Positions 24,701 through 35,947 of a stretch of DNA of 64,000 bases are shown here, piece by piece. The translations under genes were made by a program, and so were the position numbers. The stretch's first letter is position 1. Each line of letters begins with the position of its first letter. This stretch comes from Flectonema sp. DT1601 (lineage: Eukaryota), in contig OZ025804.1 of assembly GCA_964019425.1 (NCBI GenBank), positions 248,001 to 312,000 on the forward strand, in the 5' to 3' direction. Below the pieces are notes generated by a model. That model saw only the letters and a program-made list of their open reading frames with translations. It had not been told where the DNA came from and did not search any database.

Positions 24701-26012
24701 TCTCGGAGGACCTTTCAGCACATTTATGCTCTCACCTGCGATATTTTCATGTGCCGCTAACCTCTCGTGGTTTAATTTTGAAGGAGGAAATCTGTCAATA
24801 ATTCTGATGAGTTGCTTTTGGGTTGTCGTTGCTGCGATATTTTGTCTGGCTGTTCACTCTGCCTTAAAGCGTCACATCGCAACAGTTGAAGAAGAAGAAG
24901 ATTTCTTAGTTATCGATCCTGCAACTGAAGGATATCCGAAATATGCTGTACTCACATCTAAAACAGCTCTAACAGTTTTATCATTATTATACCTGCCTGT
25001 TACTGTTATAAGTATGAAGGTATTTCAGTGTGAGACTGATCCTGTTGATAGACAAGACTACATGATTTATTCTCCTTCAGTTGAGTGTACTACTGGACAG
25101 GGTCGATATAAAACAATGTTTATAACGTCAATCTGTTTGATACCAACAGTTGTTGTTGGATTACCACTATTATATCTTTATATCGTTTATCGCATTAGAG
25201 AAGTTCGGGTTAGGGAATCGGCAGGAGCCCGAAAACTATGCGGATTTCTATTTCTTCCTTACAATCCAAATTGTTATTGGTATTTTGCAGTTGCGATGAT
25301 GAGGAGGGTCAGTGTCGGTTTTGCAATTTCAATCGTCCCGGCTGATAGCGGAATGAGTGTACCTTTATTATTTCTACTCATCATAACATTCATTGTTGTA
25401 CACAAATCATACATGCCAATGTCAACACCAATCCTGAACACCTTAGAAACAGCATCACTGTCGTCTTTATTAGTTACCTGTTGCTGTGGTACTATGTTCT
25501 CAACAACTTCATTAGCAAATAGTGACCTGCTTACTGGTATTCTTTTAGTTTCTGTTTATCCAATATTAGCTGTGAGTGTGTTTTTAGTTTATGAACTTTT
25601 ATCTGAAGGGTCGTTGAGCTATTCTTTGATTGGTGTCTTTCCTTTCCTATCGATGGATAGATTCTTTCAAGACACTCATAGTTGGGCTGTTCAGGATGAT
25701 CGCCATGTGAAATGTGAAATTCGTCGTCGTAGTAGTTGTCTTTTAGGATTGCCTTATAAAACTGACAATCAACATTCGAAAAGTCGGTGTGACCTTGACA
25801 TCGTTGAAATGCAAAGCTATGGTTCGAGTTCCCCGAAATCACGACAAACGGGGAGTTCGAGATCTCTTTCTCCAAGGAGAGGATCTCACAAAGAAATCAT
25901 CAGAAGACTTTCATCACAACTGCCGTTGGATCCTCCCCCAGATCCTCCTCCGCTATGTCCTGTCAATAATGTTACAGGACAGGACTTATTTGGAACTACA
26001 GCTGATGAATAG
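21750..26012 (+). CDS. Receptor-like protein: signal peptide, two Cys-rich (ShK-like) repeats, plant-type LRRs, Cys-rich region, multi-pass TM domain
   Basis: LRRNT (NW.NGDPC..SWDGISC), many LxxNxLxGxIP repeats, CKTGYQGRLCSSC and at least 7 hydrophobic helices. No kinase domain. Confidence 0.85.
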   Translation: MTRQLLLKQLFVLLLPGSGMAMDLIEVTKSYLKSHERSIIPLSAPSCIDDPFGMMAVVGGCGNAAIAFGCNFPLSNLDPSSPPGVTISLLCPDTCNSCYCMDSPLLISLGGCEELTNMGCHFDLSALTGLPTGTPLSSLCPSSCNLCNPAPQSATSLEQSISLKSIFNAAGGQEWYRNSNWMNGDPCLNSWDGISCDLSGNIISIQLDYNNMKGFLADVFLPLIHLRKLDTSGNEFLSGKLPESLSACPFERIIISECSFVGDFPILTAAKLTLKTLAIGSLALPMLLPPHSGVARMGYAPSSVNSFPYQTFEEFLNTYPELEVINSHGSQIRGTLPESMCSSKLRDIVLTKCFLSGTIPNCVGDMPQLQSFCVAENGLTGTVPASLGNASNLLGVILGGNSLTGQLPMELGNARNLRYLIIAISDLTGTIPDSLGNLTSLEAIVLQDCPRLGGTLPVGIFKLTKLGFVALMESSIEGEIPTAVTTMPSLSLLSLYSNQLSGTIPAFNFQRSQITEVYLSTNLLTGTVPDSLYMLPKLRKLSIDKNSLTGELPKTVQPDFVILNAHNNLFEGTIPSEWCSYKKMEHIYIQNNSLTGQIPSCIGNMSELTQFNIDDNKLSGKIPWSLGEAKKLVFIWMRNNKLTGAPPQSLSGLVNLKEYHSSGNPFNCPVNDFLSPFTTVPELLSISCHDCGLLGDMSVHLFYSVSTGSRFTLLSSLVLSENKITGRIPTSIGWGLLRLALLDLSTNNLQGPIPEGLGNLRMALMDNNKDLKSVDGRLPLFVATTTASALSGESDSVRCPILNGVKQNIVVRIDPSYYSYNLCDCGKGFFGSAPFCVSCLQNGICPGGGSMIVTKGYWPSPPPPAKPIMLLPCYADAVESTPCNEDNAINFTCKTGYQGRLCSSCAENYYNRGRQCVECPINVVIIIIMFSTVLILAGALAAMRMWKKHSQLFDMFRVLVLYGQVQAILLGDSQFLWPRTVKRVLGGPFSTFMLSPAIFSCAANLSWFNFEGGNLSIILMSCFWVVVAAIFCLAVHSALKRHIATVEEEEDFLVIDPATEGYPKYAVLTSKTALTVLSLLYLPVTVISMKVFQCETDPVDRQDYMIYSPSVECTTGQGRYKTMFITSICLIPTVVVGLPLLYLYIVYRIREVRVRESAGARKLCGFLFLPYNPNCYWYFAVAMMRRVSVGFAISIVPADSGMSVPLLFLLIITFIVVHKSYMPMSTPILNTLETASLSSLLVTCCCGTMFSTTSLANSDLLTGILLVSVYPILAVSVFLVYELLSEGSLSYSLIGVFPFLSMDRFFQDTHSWAVQDDRHVKCEIRRRSSCLLGLPYKTDNQHSKSRCDLDIVEMQSYGSSSPKSRQTGSSRSLSPRRGSHKEIIRRLSSQLPLDPPPDPPPLCPVNNVTGQDLFGTTADE

Positions 26013-26019
26013 GATATCC

Positions 26020-26050
<31 letters not shown>

Positions 26051-26959
26051 CTGTTTTCAGTTATGCGGTGCAACAACCCTACTAGTTATATTTTGTTGTT
26101 GTTCCTCTCCTTTGTATTCTTGACAGTAAATGTCAGGTGATGATGAAGGGAAAAAGAATAATGAACCTCGAAAGCTTCCAATTCGCTAATGCGTTTCGCG
26201 AACAAAGACAACTTTTGACCGTTTTTTTTTTATATATATTCCTTTTTATTTACATACAGCGTTTACTGAATAGTAGTGCTCTGCTCTACTTTATGCGATT
26301 TGACCTTTTGTTTTGTTCTTTCCTTCCCTTACATCTGTCGGTGTATTGGTATGTTGATGATGATTTTCTCTCAGTGTTGGAAAGGAACTTCGCTATGCGG
26401 TCTCTACGAAAGTCATATCCTTGTCTTTGTTTCGAAAACCTCTATTTCCCCATGCCCATGTCCATGTTATTTTTACAGATTTACACGGTTGGGTCTTGTC
26501 TTGTTCTTTTTGGCTAGGGAATGAAAAGCTTTCTGTCATCCCCCCCCTTTTTTTTTTTTTTCCCTTTCTTCTTTTTATGATCACATTTACACTTGTGTGA
26601 CAAATTTAGTGAAATATCGAAAAATATTAAGTCTTTTCTACAGCCATCCGTTTTTTCCCCCTTTTTTTCCAATAACCTTTTCAGGTGTTCTTGAAGCGCA
26701 CGGATGGTCCGAAGAGATTTTATTTTTTTGATCTGATCACGGAATAGGGTTAGTAATTTTATTTTAAACTTCGTTCACGAATACGCGCGACAAAAAATAA
26801 AAGAATAAAAAAATAATTTTTGTAATTGATTCTTGTTTTTGTATTGCTCCCTTCCAACCTCCTTTTTCTTGATTGGCCTCTTACTGTCTCTGTTGTCGGG
26901 TTTTTTTTTAATTATTATTATTATTTTTTTTTTTTGCCTCAGTCACACCTTTCTAAAAT

Positions 26960-27820
26960 ATGAAAACTGTTTTGGCATTATTTTTCCTGGCCACAGTCAC
27001 GGCGGTGACTGCGGTACTTCCACACGAAGTTCTCCCTGCGGAGTTACAGGCTAAGGCGCAGTACCAGTTGTACGCAGCTTATGGAGCCTACTGTCATGAA
27101 GATGATCTGAAGTCATGGGACTGTAAATGGTGTGAGAAGATGGGAGTAGCAAAGGTCTACGGAGTGCTTCAGAATGCCACGTGGGACGGTCAGGTTTTTG
27201 TTATTCAAAACAACGCATCTGAAATCATTGTCAGCTTTAGAGGTTCTCACAACATCGAAAATTGGATCGCTGACTTCACTTTCGATAAAGTAAAGCTGAC
27301 CTGGCCAGGTGTTCCTAAAGGACTTGAAGTTCATCGGGGATTTCTTGATTCTTACATGTCTTTAAGAACTGCTGTTAACAAGTGGGTTAAGGAAGCTACA
27401 ACTGCATGTCCTCACTGTGTACTTCATGTTACTGGTCATTCACTTGGTGCTGCTGAAGCTGTTTTATGTACGACTGACCTTCGTCTTCAGGGACACAAAC
27501 CAGAAATGTGGACATTCGGACAACCGCGTGTTGGTACAAAGGAATATGCTGCCTGGTTTGACGGTGTTACTGCATCATACAAACAGACTGTATTCAGAAT
27601 GGTTAACAAGAAGGATATCGTTCCACATATGGCTCCATCAGAGATGGGATTTCATCACACTGATCGTGAGGTCTGGAGAATGAAGAATAGCACGTATATG
27701 ATGTGTGATGGTAGCGGTGAGGATCACAAGTGCTCAAGATCGGTTCCGGTTATTGAATACAGCGCGTCTGATCATCTTGAGTACATGGGTCTTCATGAGG
27801 ACTGTCCAAAAAAGAAATAA
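26960..27820 (+). CDS. Secreted class 3 lipase
   Basis: Signal peptide; VSFRGS, VHRGF, VTGHSLG, TFGQPRVG, DIVPH and DHLEY motifs. Confidence 0.93.
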   Translation: MKTVLALFFLATVTAVTAVLPHEVLPAELQAKAQYQLYAAYGAYCHEDDLKSWDCKWCEKMGVAKVYGVLQNATWDGQVFVIQNNASEIIVSFRGSHNIENWIADFTFDKVKLTWPGVPKGLEVHRGFLDSYMSLRTAVNKWVKEATTACPHCVLHVTGHSLGAAEAVLCTTDLRLQGHKPEMWTFGQPRVGTKEYAAWFDGVTASYKQTVFRMVNKKDIVPHMAPSEMGFHHTDREVWRMKNSTYMMCDGSGEDHKCSRSVPVIEYSASDHLEYMGLHEDCPKKK

Positions 27821-28774
27821 TAGATTTCAATGGGCTTGAATTTAAAAATTCCCTTCTCTCTCTCTCACTCATTCCAAATACTTTCTCACACTTAAGGTTT
27901 TGTAAACGTTGGATATCAATCCATAGTAAAACATCACTTGTGGGAAAGAAAAAAAAAAAAAAAAAAACTAGAGGAAGCATGTTTGGTGGTGTAGCATATT
28001 CGCCGTGAAATACTCTGAACACGTTCCCCATATAGCTAAACTCTAAGATATTTTTTTTTTATTTTTTTTTTTTTTTTGTATCATTTATTTTAAACTCACT
28101 TTCATTTATTATATTCCTTGCTATCATTATGCTGTATAACACAAAGTTGTACACGTAATGAATATATTGGTAAAGAACGAATTAAATGAGTAGTGTATTT
28201 TTTTTTTCCCCCTCTTTTTTTTTCTCGTTATAACTTTAGTTATTTGCGATTTATCTTCCGTATCGGTGGTGAAATGATTCTGCTTTTTTTTTTTGTCATT
28301 CAGAAAAAGCACACATCTAAGTAAGCCCTTTTTTTTCTAAAATAACTTTTTCCCCCGCCTCCCAAACTGAATCCATGTCGGAAAAGGAAAAACAAACAAA
28401 CAAACAAGCAATTTTATGCCAAATTGAACGTGTGTGTAACCTACCATTTTTTGTATTGTTTGTGCCTCTGTGAATTGAGATCGCTGTGATCACTGATTAG
28501 GTATCAGCTGGAGACCTTCTTCTTGTTGCGTTTCAATCATTGAAAAAAGGTGGTTTTTATTTGCAGGGTTTACGATTTTTTTTTTTTTTTTTTGTTCCCC
28601 CCACAAAATTTTACTCCGAGTGGTGAGCTTGTCAACAGTGCTGCTGAATGTGGTTATCGTGTCTCGTGTTTTTTTTTTCTTTTCTTTCTTTTTTTTTTTT
28701 TTAAATTCATCCGGCTATTGTTGCATCACACATCAGTCTATCAATACTTGTAAAACAGGTGTTTCTGTCAACAG

Positions 28775-31700
28775 ATGCCAGTCAGCCCACAATTCGGTAG
28801 TGCTGAAAGAGAAGAGTTTTTTTCATTTATTGAACGAGGACGAAAACCTGATGTGAAACCTGAAAGCCACACGACGAAACTACACAAATACACCCAATAT
28901 AGGCAGGGTATCTTGTATGATGATATGCTTCAGAAAATATCCTTCGAGGGTTTGTATGACAGCCATCCTTGCTGGCCGGGTGTTGATGTATTTCGGTTAC
29001 TCGGTAAAGGTTCAGAGATAAGTTCGTTACCAAAAGTGAGAATAGCACCTACTCTGCTGATGGAGTGTGGTAGATACACATGTTTTTACACCGACCCCGT
29101 GAGTTCTCAAATGGTCAGATTAGATAATTGCGGAATAAAAGCTTTTAAAAGTAAAGCATTCTTATCAAACAATAGTTCCAGACACCACTTTAAAACAAAA
29201 ATAGAAAATCCAACAGAGCCATTTCGTGCCCACAGCAGTAAGGCAGCCAACTCTGGTTGTGGAAGACTGAATAGAGAGTCGTGGATTCCTTTATCAAATT
29301 CGACCTCAGAATACACAAGTATTGCTATTGGTCAGTCGTTTGATACGTTACGATTTGTTCATGGGGTTCTCGTCTCAGATACTTCAAAAACTGGATCAGT
29401 AAGAAACCACCGACATCTATCTTACACAGTAAGCTATTCACGTGATGGTTGTACCTGGATGACTCTCTCTGGTACTGTTTTACCATCTCCTCAGACTCTG
29501 CCACCTCAGACCTCAGACTACATTTTCAAGGAGGGAAAAGTCTTTTTCCCTGTTCCCATTCAAGCCGCTCACATCAGAATTCATCCACTAACCTGGGGAT
29601 CAACGGGAATCGCTATTAACTGTGCTGTTGTTGTTGAATCGATTGAAAAAACATCTTCAGAGGGAATTGAACCTGTCGCTATCATCAAAAGGCCGACGCC
29701 CAACACGAACTCTACGATAAGCCATACGTTAACAGAGACGCAGGTAGGAGCGGCATTGCAGCAGATAATTGGAGGGATGCAAGTTATCCAACAGTTTGTA
29801 AAATCGAAGGGAAACCACGCATGCGTCTACCGAGCAGTATGGAAGGCTAACAACAGTGGAAGGGGAATTACGTATCAGATCACTTCTAAGATTTCAAAGA
29901 AGGACATGTTGATCGATGCTGATGCTCGTTACTTAGCATCCCAAGAGAACGACAACTATTCTGATAGAGGACTCACTATTGTTCCCCTTCGTTGTTCATC
30001 GTGTCAGGAAATTGTTAATCAGACGGGAGATATTGCGAAATTACTCCAAAAAAGATTTTGCAGCGTCGGTCGTATCGAAGTGTTGGCAGCCGACTGGGTA
30101 CGAGACACATCAGGACTGTTCTACTTTACACAAATAAAAGGTTGGAAGATACGACAGTCAACTACACGCATTTTGAGAAAACCCATTTCAACCAACTATG
30201 GGAGATACTGTGCAATGTGTAGAAAAAGATTTGTAAGAGATCAGTACAGCAACAAGCTCACCGCTAATATGATTTCGAAGGCTCTTAATCAAAAACGTCT
30301 TCGTAACCTGAGCAAGTCTCCATTGCCATCACAGCGACCAAACGGAATCTCATCAAAATACGAAACTCAAGCCGTCTGCCAACAGTGTTATATAGACTAC
30401 AATGAAGAAGGTCACACAGCGTATAGAGAAGCAAAACTTGCAACGGCTGTTGGAGTAAAAACAACATATGAGGTGACTACTACTACAAACACTTCTACAT
30501 CAGTATTTGATATACAACCGACCCTCAATGACGTGATAACGACTTCTGCTACTGGACTTCCCAGTGATATATCTGATGCGGTATGTTCTATTATTATTAT
30601 TGTTATTATTATTATTATTATTAAAAAAAACAATACCACTACTAGGTTCACTTGGAGCCTTGGCTTTTGATGCTTTATTTTGATGAAGTTTTGGAGATTC
30701 CACATGCGTTGGATTCGGAAAATATTTATTTAAAAACATCGATATTCGGAAAGATTGATGAAATCCCTGTTGGGAAATTAGTATGCAACTCCCGCACCGG
30801 TGGTGGTGTTGGAGTAATGAGAATGAGACCGTTCTTTGTTAAAACAAACAAAGATCTGACTGCTTCGCTTGTTGACGATGATGATGACATTCAAATACCT
30901 CTTAATCCTGTAGTCTCTGAACTCCTTCGAGTTCAGTCGGAAATTAATGTTAAGTTATGTACTTCAAATAATACTGTATTAGGAATCGCTAAGTTTAGTT
31001 TGTCTCAGCTCTGTTCAGGAATTATTGATGAAGTGATTTTGATCAAAATGTTTTCGGGTTCGATTCTTGAAAAGTGCTGTCTAAAAATGCAAATTGGGAT
31101 TACCAAAAGTAATGTACCGGCACCGAAAGGAGATCAGATGACTATACATGAAGTCGTACCTGATATTCTTTTTCCAAAAAAACCATATTGTAACATCTTA
31201 TCACTCCCTCTTCGATGGAGGAAGATCATCGCAGGATACATAGCGAAGTTATCTAAACCACAATTGGTTATTTGTGATGTCAAGAAGGAATCTAATCCAG
31301 TTGTTGACGGCTTAATAATCCCAAACACATCGACTGACGATACTCTGCCAGCTTCAGAATCAGGAATGTTATGCGTAAAATACAAAAACAGAACTTTACG
31401 AAGACGTGTAATGTCGAGGTTACAAGAAGAGCATCATTCTGCGAAGGAACTTCTCAACTGTATTGAACGTGAACCCAGTTGGGTTAAGTATAAATTATCA
31501 GCTGAGGTTCGAAAGAGAGATCGGTCTAAGAAAAAAAATCCACTACCACCAAAACAACCCGATCAAATAAATAAAAATAAATTTGAAATTGATAACCACA
31601 GTAAGACTACATCATCATCTTCGTCCAACCTACGAAAACGACTTCTCAGAATTCAGTCACCCTGTCCTACGGCTTGGGGAACAATGACGGGTACAACTTC

Positions 31701-32445
31701 ATCAAATGAAGATGATACAAATATAAATATCGACAAATCCATGAAACATAATAAACTACATCGATCACTGGGACAATGTGTTCGAGTGGAATTAACACGC
31801 AACATGAGCTCTGCTCCAATACCGACGATGTATACTGCTTGGAAATTAGACGTCAACATCTCAGGTATCGACGGTGATCTGGGTGAAGAAGAAACAAGCA
31901 CATGGACTGCGAGATATTCGTTGTTTGGAAATGAGATAACACACAAGGGATTTAGGTTGATTCGAGAAGGACAAATTGCTTTTGAAGGAGAAGATTCCAG
32001 ACATCTGTATTGTGAAGACACTCGATCAATTGCTGCTTATCTAAATAATAAATTATCAGGAGTATTACGAGTTATCGTTCACAACACATTTCAGAGTTCT
32101 ATTTTATTTGTTGCTAATGTTGACTTGAGTGAAATAGTGAATTCTCTTAGACAGAAGAAAGTCAAAAGTGTTCCACCGGTTGAGGGATGGTTTCCACTTC
32201 GACGTGTCAACCCACTAAGCTCTGCCCATAGTCCTGAGGGAGTGTTGATGCTTGATTCTCCTACTTTATCAGAATGTGATGTAACCAACGATGATGTCAT
32301 CTCTCATGTTTCTTCAGAAGGTGAAGGAAGTTGCTTAATTGGAATTAACATATCGATCACTGCGATTGACATTTCCGCATCGAATCTCAATATCGAAAGA
32401 GATTTACGACCGGAATATGACTTTGCAATTATTAATATTTCTTGA
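28775..32445 (+). CDS. Large hypothetical protein with F5/8-type C (discoidin)-like domain; exons 28775-30580, 30646-32445
   Basis: YSRDGCTW...PIQAAHIRIHPLTW is discoidin-like. GT-AG intron 30581-30645 joins the two ORFs in frame. Confidence 0.7.
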
Positions 32446-32938
32446 AAATAAATTACACCCTTTTTTTTTTTTTTTTTTTTTTTTGTTATTATCCTGTAAG
32501 TTAAACATTTATTTACCCATGAAATCTGAACGTGCCAGTTCTTTTTTTTTTTCCCCTAAAGTTCATGTTTTAATATTCTTTTTCCCCCTACTCATATTCG
32601 ACAGGATTGAAAAAGAGATGTGTATGCAGCTAAGTTAGAAACATTTATTGTAATGTAAAGTATTTACGTCAATTGCAGAGTGTATACCTACACTAACATT
32701 ACCCTTTAGTCAACATGTATCTATGAATTAATGTTAAATTATCGTTATATTCCTCTGTGATCCAATACAATTGTATTTATAGCCCTCTTCACTTCTCATT
32801 ATTCGACAACACGTATGGAGTTGTAAAGTAACCGAGTGGTTTACTCAAATACTAGTTTTGGTTTTAACCAGTTTCATTCAGTTTAAGTTACTTCTACTTA
32901 GCATCAAAAAAAAAAACAACAACACATAAGACTCAACA

Positions 32939-34254
32939 ATGTCGGTAAATGACAGATTCGATGGGATGCTACTTGGTATGGCCCAGCAGCTTACTGCTCA
33001 AGGAGGTAATGAAGGAATTAAAGATTTGATTGAAATCTGGTTTAGTTTCTTAAGAAGAAAAACTGATTTCTTTACCGGAGCGACTTCAGACAAAGCTGAA
33101 AAGATGATAATGGAGGCTTTTAACAAACATAACGGACTCTCACAGGAATCTGTGAAAAAGCTTAAAGCTGAACAAGAGAAGAGGGTATGCTGATTTTTTT
33201 TTTTTTTTTTTTTTTTTGCATTTAACAAGTATTGTAAGAACGAAAAAGAATGTTGGCAGCACACGTAAACCTCCTTTAGCTTTATCAGTTTAAGTCGGTT
33301 CACGGTTTCGTGACACAAACAAATTATTATTGTTTTGTTACATTAATTAATAATAAAGAGAAACACAAAACAACAGACTGCTGAAAAGAAAAAGTACGAG
33401 GAAAGTAAAATCGAAGTACTTGACGATGATGAAGAAGAGCAGAAAACCGTCAACGCCAAGCGAGCAGCTGAGAAAGCTGATCGAGAAAAGAAAGCCGATC
33501 GCGATATCCGTCTTCGCGAAGAAGAAATCGCAGAGAGAGAGAAGAAGATGAAGGAAAATCCTGAATCACAGGAGCCTGAAGTTTCCAAAGGAGTCATTCC
33601 GAATGTCGGAAACGGCGCAGATCTGGACACGTATTCGTGGACACAAACACTTCAAGAAGTATGTAAGACTGTACTTGATATTTTATATAAACACAACACA
33701 CACACACACATATCAACAAACACAACCACAGTGTGAGGTCCGCGTCGGTCTCGACAAGAAATACAAATCAAAGATGCTAAACGTCATCATATCGAGAAAC
33801 AGACTTGTAATCGGCGTCAAGGGAACCGCTCCTATCATTGAAGGCGATCTTCATGCTACAGTTAAGGAAGAGGACTCCTTCTGGACACTCGAAGACGGAG
33901 ACACTGTCGTCGTACACTTAGCGAAGGTAAAAGATATGGAGTGGTGGAAGAATCTTATTTTAGGTATTTATGTTTTCAATATTTCTTTTCTATTTCTATT
34001 CGATTATCGCGAACCACTACTATCAAACAGGAGACGAAACAGCAGACTTGGACCTGCAGAAGGTTCAACCTGAAAACAGTAAACTCGGTGACTTGGATGA
34101 CGAAACACGTCAAACTGTCGAAAAGATGATGTACGACCAAAGACAAAAGGCGATGGGAAAACCAACAAGTGATGAACAAGGCAAACATGACATTATGAAG
34201 AAATTTATGGCTGCTCACCCGGAAATGGATTTCTCAAACGCGAAGATCTGTTAG
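32939..34254 (+). CDS. NUDC: Nuclear migration protein NudC; exons 32939-33184, 33377-33658, 33732-33963, 34031-34254
   Basis: [63 protein letters not shown] and HPEMDFS; three in-frame GT-AG introns. Confidence 0.95.
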
Positions 34255-35165
34255 TTGACCTCTCAGCTAGCAATAATGTGAGAGGAGGGGGAAGCTCCCC
34301 TCAATGAGTTTCGATGAGTAATAATAAGGTGAACCGAATCTAACTTCACAAGCCTCTTCCAACTTTTTCTTGAGCGAAAAGTAAGGAAATTAAGAATTTA
34401 TTATGAATATGGCCTTAGCGTTGTTTTCCGATGTTTCTCTAAATAATTAATACCCCCGTCGCCAATATTAGATTTTAAGCCCAATTTAAAAAAAAAAAAA
34501 AAAAAAATGCAGCACTTTTTTTTTTTTTTTTTTTCCCCCTCTCTCCTCCTTTTCATAAGTTAGTTTAAGTAGTGCATTGATACTACAATTAATTCTTATC
34601 GTTGGATTCCTTTTTTTTGCTTTGAATACTTTTTTTTTTTTTCATTACAAATTAGGAATCAAAATAAACAAGAGAGAAAACTATTGATCGATTTTGTGAG
34701 ATATCATATAAAAACGGAAGAAAAATGATACCTTACTACGCAGTGTAAAATAACTAAATATGTTTCTAGCCTTCGCTTGGCAATGAGATTTTACGTTTAA
34801 GATTTCTTTTTTGAAAAGCGAAAGTACAACTAGCTGTTAACTGACTACTGTCTACACCACTCAACACATTTACCTGGCTGTGCCCAATTGTGTCCTATGC
34901 ACTACATCTCTCTATACATTGAATCAAAGGGGTGGGTTATTAACCTTTTTTCCTCTACGTCGTATGCAGTGTTTACCTTTGGTGCAGTACAGATTTTTAT
35001 TTCTTCATAAATGTGTTGGAACATTTCAATCTCTTCTTCCCCCTTTTTTTTTGTAGTTTAACCCTTATTGCATATTTTTGTATTATAAAGTTTATTACTG
35101 TTTTCTACATCGTTAACGTATCACCCCGGAATGGAATCCAGAACTTTTCTCATCCGATCCCTGAA

Positions 35166-35490
35166 TTGGGGATTGCGATCCACCGAAACAGTATTTCGGC
35201 ACTTTAGAAGTCTTTAAAAACACTCAAAAGGTTTAGACCGCGTGGTACCTGAGGGGTGAACACAAGAGGTGTGTTAGGAGGGCTCACAAAAGTTATTAGT
35301 AATTCCGTGCATTGAGCAATCCATAATCAGGTTTCCCTCTGAGAGATAAAAAGGGAGCTGAACCTTTGTTTTTAGTGACCTGATTTGAACCTTAATAATA
35401 TGCTCCACTAGACTGACCTGTTAATTCCTCCATGTTCGATGTTTAGGCTACTGGCCTTCTCATATGAGCTCCCACTGTGCTCAGCTTCGG
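35166..35490 (-). mobile_element. Diverged inverted remnant of the 2-kb inverted-repeat element seen at 56-62 kb
   Basis: Reverse complement matches ~57712-58048 (e.g. AATTCCGTGCATTGAGCAATCCATAA, TTTGAACCTTAATAATATGCTCCAC). Confidence 0.85.
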
Positions 35491-35493
35491 AGT

Positions 35494-35538
35494 GCTAGAG
35501 GAAGCAAAAGTCGTAACAAGGTTGCTGTAGGTGAACCT
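35494..35538 (+). pseudogene. Fragment of the SSU (18S) rRNA 3' end
   Basis: AGAGGAAGCAAAAGTCGTAACAAGGTTGCTGTAGGTGAACCT matches the conserved helix 44/45 region with euglenozoan-type variants; flanks are not rRNA. Confidence 0.9.
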
Positions 35539-35947
35539 CAATTTTAATTACTCTGCCAGAAATATCGACTTGTACTTAGGGACGTTGATCCTGTGAGTAC
35601 TATCCTTGAATGCAAACATGTGCGATGTCGTTCCGAGTCGACTCAGAAACTGATACGGAACTTGTCACCGCAATCACTGTGTTGTTTAGCTAAAGTGAGC
35701 TACTGTTTGTTTTTGATTTGTCTGTTGCTTCTTTTAAAGCGAACCTTAATTATCACTTTTTACTTAACAGCGAAGATGACATTATCAGAACCCCCAGTGG
35801 CATTTAATCTCAACAGGTTGGGACCATATTGTGCAACAAAAAAAACAGAAAGTCTGTTTGAAGAAATTTGTTTTTGCACGTTCTTTAATCTCATCATACT
35901 CCAAGCCATTCATCATCACATTTCGTAGGTTACTCAGGCGAGTTAAA

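Noticed and set aside
34290..34400. Minus-strand AUUA-CUCAUC-GAAAC resembling the hammerhead 3' half
   Set aside because: No CUGANGA core or pairing partners upstream.
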